NCBI GenBank assembly: GCA_022449345.1
Contig: JAKURL010000002.1
Location: 36,302 to 100,301 of the forward strand
Direction of reading: 5' to 3'
DNA: 64,000 nt
From: Candidatus Thalassarchaeum sp.
Lineage (GTDB): Archaea; Thermoplasmatota; Poseidoniia; Poseidoniales; Thalassarchaeaceae
Below are positions 58,068 to 64,000 of the stretch, in pieces. Made by a program: the position numbers and the translations under genes. Every line of letters starts with the position of its first letter. The stretch's first letter is position 1. The notes below the pieces were generated by a model. That model was not told the DNA's origin. It did no database searches and saw only the letters and a list, made by a program, of their open reading frames with translations.

Positions 58068-60421
58068 TGGCTCACCTCCTCGTGGTCTTCAGGCACCATC
58101 AAGCGACTGAACCACTTTCCAACTCGACCAGGCTCGTTAGCAATGTGCTCGTTTGCATCCTTCAATACTGGCAGGTTGTGCCAATCGAAGGAAGGAGTTG
58201 GTGGAGGCGAGGAAGTCATCCACTCGAATGACCATCCACCCCATGGGTCTGCCGGTGCCTTATCTCCTCTAACTAAACTGAGTAGCATATTTGCAACCAA
58301 AATGAAGTTCGAGAAGAAGAACAAGAATGCACTAACCGAGATGAATAGATTCCAGTCGGCGGCCCACTCAGGCAGGTTGGTGAAATCTTCAGTGGTGATG
58401 AAGTAAGTGTGTGTTCGTCGAGGCATTCCAACTACACCTAGTCGGTGCATTGGCCAGAAGATGCCATTGTAGGTGACGAATGCGGTTAGGAAGTGTAGGG
58501 TTCCTAACTTCTCGTCTAGCATTCGTCCAGTCATCTTTGGATACCAGTAATAGATTGCAGCGAAGAATCCGAAGACGGTTCCTCCGACCAATACGTAGTG
58601 GAAGTGAGCTACTACGAAGTATGTCTCGTGAAGGTGGGTGTCCATAGCGATTGAAGGGAAGAACATGCCTGAAATTCCGCCAAGGGTGAAAGTTACTATG
58701 AAGCCGAGCGCCCACAATGTATGCGTACGATAGACAAGCGAACCTCCGTGCATTGTTTTCAGCCAATTGAAAATCTTTATTCCGGTTGGAACAGCAACCA
58801 ACATTGTAGTCATCATCGTAACAAATCGCAAGGTGGGCGACATTCCAGATGTCAACATGTGGTGACCATAGACAATGAAAGATAAGATTCCAATTCCGGC
58901 CAACGCGTAAACCATCGAGCGGTAGCCGAAGATTGAGCGTCGTGCAGATGTCGCAAGCACCTCAGATATTACTCCGAATGCAGGCACGATAACCACGTAT
59001 ACCTCAGGATGACCGAAGTACCAGAACAAGTGACTCCATAGCAATGGATCTCCACCTGCAGAAATATCGTAGAATGCTGTTGAAATCGTTCTGTCTAGAT
59101 AAACTTGAATCAATCCAACTCCGAATGCTGGAATCGAAAGGAATAGCATGAGGTTGGCAACTAAGATTGACCAAGTGAACAATGGCATCTGCATCCAACC
59201 CATTCCTTCAGCACGCATGACTGCCATTGTGGTAAGGAAGTTGATTCCAGTTAGGGTTGAGGAAGCAACCAACATGATTTGTCCTGCAACCCACATTGTT
59301 ACTCCTGTGTGTGCTCCAGCGGTGACGATGTATGGTGCGTAACCCGTCCAACCTGTATCCGCGCCTTCTCCAGAGAAAACTCCGGTGAAGATTAGTAGGG
59401 CAGCGAATGGCTGTAGCCAGAAGGATAGCGCATTGAGTCTCGGCATTGCAAGGTCCGGTGCACCGATTTGTAGTGGTACAATCCAATTTGCAAATCCAGC
59501 GATTAGTGGCATCGCAGCCAAGAAAATCATCGTGGTTCCGTGCAATGTGAAAAACTGATTATACTGGTCTTGAGATATGAATCCCATCTCGGGTCCGGCT
59601 AATTGTAAGCGAATCATCATTGCAAGAATTCCACCGATGCCGAGGAAGAACATACCCTGAACGAAATACAGAGTTCCAATCTTCTTGTGGTCGGTACTAG
59701 TAAGCCACTCGGTAATCCATGGAGCTAGATGCTCCCAGTCGAAAGCATCTGGATTAGTTCTGTAAAATCCGTATAGTATTGTAATTACCAGTAAGATACC
59801 TGAGATGATAATCAACGTCGCTAGGACAGTGAACGGGTCTGCTGGGTCTAGAGCAGCACCGAGCGATCCCGCAACGGTAATGCTTAGGCGATTCCACTTA
59901 TCTTCAGGGCCTTGCACACCATCTCCGTTTACGGAATTGACGTGGAGGACGAAGTCGACATTTCGTCCATGGCTAGGTGCAGTCCATTCAACGGTCCAAC
60001 TGCGGTAGTCATTACCCGCCTCTGTATGGGTTACTTCTGAAGAATCACGTGATTGTACGGTGGCATCCACTGGAGTGATTTCGCCGCCAGATGCCCAGAG
60101 ATTGAATCCACCAAGGTTAGCTGCACCATCGGTTGAAGGCCCACCAGTGAATGAAATTGTAAGTTCATAGGTTTCTGAGACGTTATATTGCTCAGGGAGT
60201 CCATCTAGGGCAACTACAACTCCTGTATCGGCAACTCCGTTGTGGCAATTACAGCCGCCCGATTTCACCTGTTCATAGCCAATACCATTCGGCAGGGAGT
60301 TGACTGCCGGTGATACCACCATTGCAATCGAAATCAGGATTAGTACAACCATACTTCTCGTGATGAGTGTCTTCTTCTCCATCCTATTTACCTCCTCAAG
60401 CGTGAACGTTGACTCCCGCAA
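58064..60421 (-). CDS. coxA: cytochrome c oxidase subunit I (heme-copper oxidase) fused to an N-terminal ~200-aa extracytoplasmic reeler-like domain
   Basis: Core CoxI motifs (GHPEVY, WAHHMF-like, multi-TM); the N-terminal extension has a signal/anchor, GGCNCHNG, ...GGFNLWA..., VTHTE...WTVEWTAPSHG...VDFVLHV. Confidence 0.9.
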   Translation of the reverse strand: MRESTFTLEEVNRMEKKTLITRSMVVLILISIAMVVSPAVNSLPNGIGYEQVKSGGCNCHNGVADTGVVVALDGLPEQYNVSETYELTISFTGGPSTDGAANLGGFNLWASGGEITPVDATVQSRDSSEVTHTEAGNDYRSWTVEWTAPSHGRNVDFVLHVNSVNGDGVQGPEDKWNRLSITVAGSLGAALDPADPFTVLATLIIISGILLVITILYGFYRTNPDAFDWEHLAPWITEWLTSTDHKKIGTLYFVQGMFFLGIGGILAMMIRLQLAGPEMGFISQDQYNQFFTLHGTTMIFLAAMPLIAGFANWIVPLQIGAPDLAMPRLNALSFWLQPFAALLIFTGVFSGEGADTGWTGYAPYIVTAGAHTGVTMWVAGQIMLVASSTLTGINFLTTMAVMRAEGMGWMQMPLFTWSILVANLMLFLSIPAFGVGLIQVYLDRTISTAFYDISAGGDPLLWSHLFWYFGHPEVYVVIVPAFGVISEVLATSARRSIFGYRSMVYALAGIGILSFIVYGHHMLTSGMSPTLRFVTMMTTMLVAVPTGIKIFNWLKTMHGGSLVYRTHTLWALGFIVTFTLGGISGMFFPSIAMDTHLHETYFVVAHFHYVLVGGTVFGFFAAIYYWYPKMTGRMLDEKLGTLHFLTAFVTYNGIFWPMHRLGVVGMPRRTHTYFITTEDFTNLPEWAADWNLFISVSAFLFFFSNFILVANMLLSLVRGDKAPADPWGGWSFEWMTSSPPPTPSFDWHNLPVLKDANEHIANEPGRVGKWFSRLMVPEDHEEVSH

Positions 60422-61181
60422 TCATGTATGCGTGGTCGTCACCACAATACTCTGTGCAGAGTAGTAGAAAGTCCTCGACCTCATCTGCAAGAACCCACTG
60501 AGTAGTAACCTGACCAGGCTGAGTATCTTCCTTGATTCCTAAAGATACGAACCAAGGTGCATGAGTGACGTCCTCGGAGGTCATAATTGCAAGATAAGCC
60601 TCACCTGCCTTCAAAGAAATAAGTGGGCTGTCCCTTCCCTCAATTTGTGCGAATCCTGTATCACATATGTCCGCATCTAAATCATAACAATCGAAACTCC
60701 AAACCCACTGTTTTCCAGAAATTCCAATCTCGTGATAACAATCAGCTTCGTACAATCCTTCGGATTGATTGAAGATTAGATTAGAAGATTCTCCGACGAC
60801 ACACTCATCACCAAAGAATCCGTCTTCCTCATTTGCAGCGGACCAGATATTATCCAAGGGCGCCCAAGAGATGAATGTAAGATAGACGATTAAAATAAAT
60901 GGCACTACAGTCCAAGTTATTTCCAATTTCATATTGTCATAATGAGCAGGGAAAACCCCCACTTTTAGGTCGTCAACATTGGGATTTTGACCGTCCTCTG
61001 AACGATAGAAAAATGAGTGGTGATACAACCATCCGAAGGTGAATAATCCGACCAAGGCGGACCATACAAGATACTCGTTCCAGAGGTCATCGTATAGAGG
61101 CGTGATGAGACCCATCGCAATCTCCAATCCAACCGCGTGCGAAAGCCCCTCATAAGTGTGAGGTAGGTCAGTCCTGAGCAA
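60396..61181 (-). CDS. coxB: cytochrome c oxidase subunit II (CuA)
   Basis: Two N-terminal TMs and the CuA motif H...CTEYCGDDHAYM. Confidence 0.85.
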   Translation of the reverse strand: MLRTDLPHTYEGLSHAVGLEIAMGLITPLYDDLWNEYLVWSALVGLFTFGWLYHHSFFYRSEDGQNPNVDDLKVGVFPAHYDNMKLEITWTVVPFILIVYLTFISWAPLDNIWSAANEEDGFFGDECVVGESSNLIFNQSEGLYEADCYHEIGISGKQWVWSFDCYDLDADICDTGFAQIEGRDSPLISLKAGEAYLAIMTSEDVTHAPWFVSLGIKEDTQPGQVTTQWVLADEVEDFLLLCTEYCGDDHAYMIAGVNVHA

Positions 61182-61293
61182 AGGTCCGACGTAGTCGGAA
61201 ATGACTTCAAACGACCTAGTTCAGAAGGCTGATTGGGAGGAGGCCTGATTTGTTCAGGTTATACTTCAATTTTGCTCGAATGGATGAAGAGTT

Positions 61294-61803
61294 ATGGGTG
61301 CTAGTGATTGGATTCAAGAGAGAGCAAAAACAGCCGGTCCTCCAGGCCGAGCAATACGCTTCGAGATGGCCGCTCGGGCCTTCGCAGAGAGCCAACTTCG
61401 CAATCGTATGCCGTTAGATGGTGGAGCAGGATGCCCAATAGTTGTCGAAGGTAAGAAAGACGAAGTTGCCCTACGAGCACTCGGCTTTGAGGGACCCATT
61501 GAACTAATCAATCGAGGCTGGGATAGATCCCGACTCGTCGCATATTTCTACGATACTTACGGAACTCGAAATACAATCGATGGTGGCCCTCCTCTGATGT
61601 TATTGATGGATTGGGATCGAACCGGAGGCCGTATCCAAACCTCATTGAGAGATCGACTAAATTCACTAGATGTTCCAGTCGATGAAAATCTCAGAAAGGT
61701 CCTGTTGAGAGCCATGAAGCCTGAGGGTAAAACCGTCGAAGCACTGGCTCCACATGCAAAGATTCTCAAGTCGATGATTGAAGATCAATTTGACAGAGTC
61801 TGA
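61294..61803 (+). CDS. small Toprim-domain protein
   Basis: IVVEGKKDEVAL ... LLMDWDRTG (E...DxD Toprim signature). Confidence 0.5.
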   Translation: MGASDWIQERAKTAGPPGRAIRFEMAARAFAESQLRNRMPLDGGAGCPIVVEGKKDEVALRALGFEGPIELINRGWDRSRLVAYFYDTYGTRNTIDGGPPLMLLMDWDRTGGRIQTSLRDRLNSLDVPVDENLRKVLLRAMKPEGKTVEALAPHAKILKSMIEDQFDRV

Positions 61804-61805
61804 AC

Positions 61806-62255
61806 CTATTTCTTCGGAAATGAGGTGGGACTCTCTTTGACAGCATTCAGTACCAAGTGAGTAACTGAGCGAACCACTCCATCCACCGATAGTAGATTCT
61901 TTGAGAGGTCATCCAAATCACTCCTATCGCTGGCTCTAGCGATTATCATCGAGTCGAATTCACCGGTCACATCGTAGACACCGTAGACCCTAGGGTCGCG
62001 AGCAATTTTCTCTTGGATTTCGATTAGGCGCCCCTTCTGAATTCTAAGTCCGATGACTACGTTAAGTCCCCATCCGACCTTTTCCGAATCGAGAATTACT
62101 CGATATCCCTTGATGATTGCCTTTTCTTCTAGTTTCTTGACTCGATTACTGACTGTTCCAAGTGATACTCCAACCTCCTCAGCGATGCGGCGCAGCGATG
62201 TTCGGGCATCGCGTTCGAGCACCTCAATGATGCTGCGGTCGGTATCGTCGAGCAT
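61806..62255 (-). CDS. Lrp/AsnC-family transcriptional regulator
   Basis: N-terminal HTH (DRSIIEVLERDARTSLRRIAEEVGVSLGTVSNRVKKL) plus a RAM domain. Confidence 0.85.
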   Translation of the reverse strand: MLDDTDRSIIEVLERDARTSLRRIAEEVGVSLGTVSNRVKKLEEKAIIKGYRVILDSEKVGWGLNVVIGLRIQKGRLIEIQEKIARDPRVYGVYDVTGEFDSMIIARASDRSDLDDLSKNLLSVDGVVRSVTHLVLNAVKESPTSFPKK

Positions 62256-62337
62256 GAATCTCCCTCGGGAGACCGCCCTTGAGTCACTCGGCTATTGAAC
62301 ATTCACCTCGAAAAACGCCTCTAAATTGAACGTATGT

Positions 62338-63984
62338 TCACTCTTCTTCGTTGACTTCGATGCCCCTAATTATCCGTAAAACATGCAGTTCACTGGCCCT
62401 CATCATTAGGCTGACTCGCCCACCAATCCAAACTGGAATTGTCGTCCCATCCGACTCGTCCACCAGTAGGCGGTTGCCTCTAATTGGAGCAAGTGAAATG
62501 TTGACTAAAGATGGGTCTGGCTCGTCTCCTGATAGTAAGGAATCGATTATTTTCGACGGCACCTCAGTGTACCCTTTGTTGACTGTTCCAGCGATTATTT
62601 TCGCTGCGGAGCCAACAACGCGTTCAAACTCACCGCGTCGTAAATGAATCGCCTCAAGACCGAGGTATACCACTTTCAGCGGCCGCCATCGTTTGCCCGG
62701 AATTCGAGTCCTTCCTCCCCTCCGGCTTCTTTCAGATGCCCAAATTTCGTGTGCCTCTGGTGTTGACCAAAGAATTTTCTTTCCACGCATCCATAACTCA
62801 TCAGGCAGCGATCCCAAATCATCTTGCAATAGAGATCTAACTTCTCGAATAATTGGTTGTGGGACATCCTCGTTATCCGCAGGTGCCTTATCCTCGGTGA
62901 GTATCTGCTCTACCTGCACACTTGTTTGTTCTCCGGTCTCAGAATGTTTCTCAAGAACCGCTAGGAAAAATCCTCCAGCCTCGGATTCATCATTCCATAC
63001 GCGCATGCATAATGGTAATACGTCGATAATTTCGTTTTCAGATGGTGAATGGAAGCTGTCTCGCAAATCTTCATCCTGAACGATTGAACAGTCATAGGAA
63101 AGGTTAGGCCATTGTTTCATTCCCTCTGATGCACTCAGATTTGGAATCAAATCGTGCGCTGAAATTAGACTTAATGTTGAGTCTCGCCGAAGAACTTCTG
63201 CGACTACGGCTTCGTTTTCAATCGGGTCGAGTGAGCAAGTCGAGTAGACAACTCTTCCACCAGATTTCACTAGTTGAGTCGCCCTGCTCAGTATGTCTAT
63301 CTGCAACTTCTGCATCGAACGCCCGTCGTCCGGTTTCCAACGAGTCCAGACATCAGGATTCTTTCGAGTGGTTCCGATTCCTGTGCAAGGTACATCAACC
63401 AATGCGCGGTCGTAACCAAACTCTGGAACTTTGGGAAAATGACGAGCATCATGATTGACTATGATATTACTTCGCGAACGATGTCTCTGCATATTCGATA
63501 CCAGTAGATTGACTCTACCTCTGACAATTTCGTTCGCTACAACCACACCCGAATTGTTGAGGTGCTCTGCAATCTGCGAGGTCTTTGATCCTGGGCTGGC
63601 GCAGACATCGAGAATATACTCTCCCGATTGTGGCTGCAAAGCCAGCACAGGGAGCATCGAAACCGCCTCTTGTTTGGTCAGCCTTCCAGTCTCATGTAAT
63701 GCGGATAAGGTGGATTTCACCTTGCCTTCCGCCTTACCTCTGTCAAACGGCATGATCCAAGCAGAGCCTGGACCCTTGAACCACTCGATTGGCTTGCAAT
63801 CTAACGATTGCAACCATTCTTCAACCCATCTTTGATCTCCAGAAAGTGGGTTGACGCGCACGGTTTCTGGTAGCCTTTCGTATGCGTGCGCGAACCAAGA
63901 TTCAGAATTATCTCGCCAGCAGCCAACCGCCTTCAGCAGCAGGCTGCTTCGCGCGGCCTCATCCCAATCGACCTCCTCTCGCAC
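62338..63984 (-). CDS. NOL1/NOP2/Sun-family RNA cytosine-C5 methyltransferase; the N-terminus is near the window edge and may be incomplete
   Basis: Motifs ILDVCASPGSKT, DRALVDVPCTGIGT and VYSTCSL; a C-terminal PUA-like extension. Confidence 0.85.
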   Translation of the reverse strand: MREEVDWDEAARSSLLLKAVGCWRDNSESWFAHAYERLPETVRVNPLSGDQRWVEEWLQSLDCKPIEWFKGPGSAWIMPFDRGKAEGKVKSTLSALHETGRLTKQEAVSMLPVLALQPQSGEYILDVCASPGSKTSQIAEHLNNSGVVVANEIVRGRVNLLVSNMQRHRSRSNIIVNHDARHFPKVPEFGYDRALVDVPCTGIGTTRKNPDVWTRWKPDDGRSMQKLQIDILSRATQLVKSGGRVVYSTCSLDPIENEAVVAEVLRRDSTLSLISAHDLIPNLSASEGMKQWPNLSYDCSIVQDEDLRDSFHSPSENEIIDVLPLCMRVWNDESEAGGFFLAVLEKHSETGEQTSVQVEQILTEDKAPADNEDVPQPIIREVRSLLQDDLGSLPDELWMRGKKILWSTPEAHEIWASERSRRGGRTRIPGKRWRPLKVVYLGLEAIHLRRGEFERVVGSAAKIIAGTVNKGYTEVPSKIIDSLLSGDEPDPSLVNISLAPIRGNRLLVDESDGTTIPVWIGGRVSLMMRASELHVLRIIRGIEVNEEE

Positions 63985-64000
63985 AGGGCCGCGTCAATCA

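Noticed and set aside
58205-58225. GGCNCHNG in the CoxI N-terminal domain as a c-type heme attachment site
   Set aside because: The spacing is CxCH, not CxxCH. More likely it is the Cys/His pair of a reeler-like fold.
1-64000. CRISPR arrays, rRNA genes and an integrase or transposase
   Set aside because: I searched by eye for regularly spaced direct repeats, for rRNA-like conserved blocks, and for R..HxxR..Y or DDE motifs. None was found.

Overview
This window reads as an archaeal chromosomal segment of about 50% GC. The archaeal assignment rests on an r-protein/RNAP block (uS13-uS4-uS11-RpoD), an archaeal-type LeuRS, FEN-1, MetAP type 2, a Trm-G10/Trm11-like THUMP methyltransferase and Sua5/YrdC. 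The many highly acidic secreted proteins, a 2862-aa beta-propeller/FN3-like surface protein and an aerobic cox operon are consistent with a marine planktonic euryarchaeon (MGII/Poseidoniales-like), but I cannot confirm that. Most of the window is housekeeping and central metabolism: trxA, rpe, BolA plus a CGFS glutaredoxin, aceE-type E1, pckA, maeB, a pabC-pabBA operon, bacterial-type ribD, and coxB-coxA-coxC. Two tRNAs (Arg-TCG on +, Ser-TGA on -) both encode their CCA. The clearest anomaly is a ~1.7 kb AT-rich island (about 33% GC by eye) directly 3' of tRNA-Arg. It is bounded by a perfect 16-bp direct repeat that duplicates the tRNA 3' end, an att-site signature. It carries two co-oriented genes of unknown function, a SAP-motif/coiled-coil two-TM protein and a 182-aa helical protein, and has no integrase. 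Other points of interest are listed under findings: a CoxI subunit with a ~200-aa N-terminal reeler-like extracytoplasmic domain; a 1264-aa polytopic membrane protein co-oriented with a membrane-anchored FKBP; a thrombospondin-type-3-like Asp-repeat protein with a Q/G/N-rich core; a poly-Arg/TPD-motif PD-(D/E)xK protein; and an identical 13-nt hairpin 3' of two unrelated genes. I saw no CRISPR array and no rRNA.
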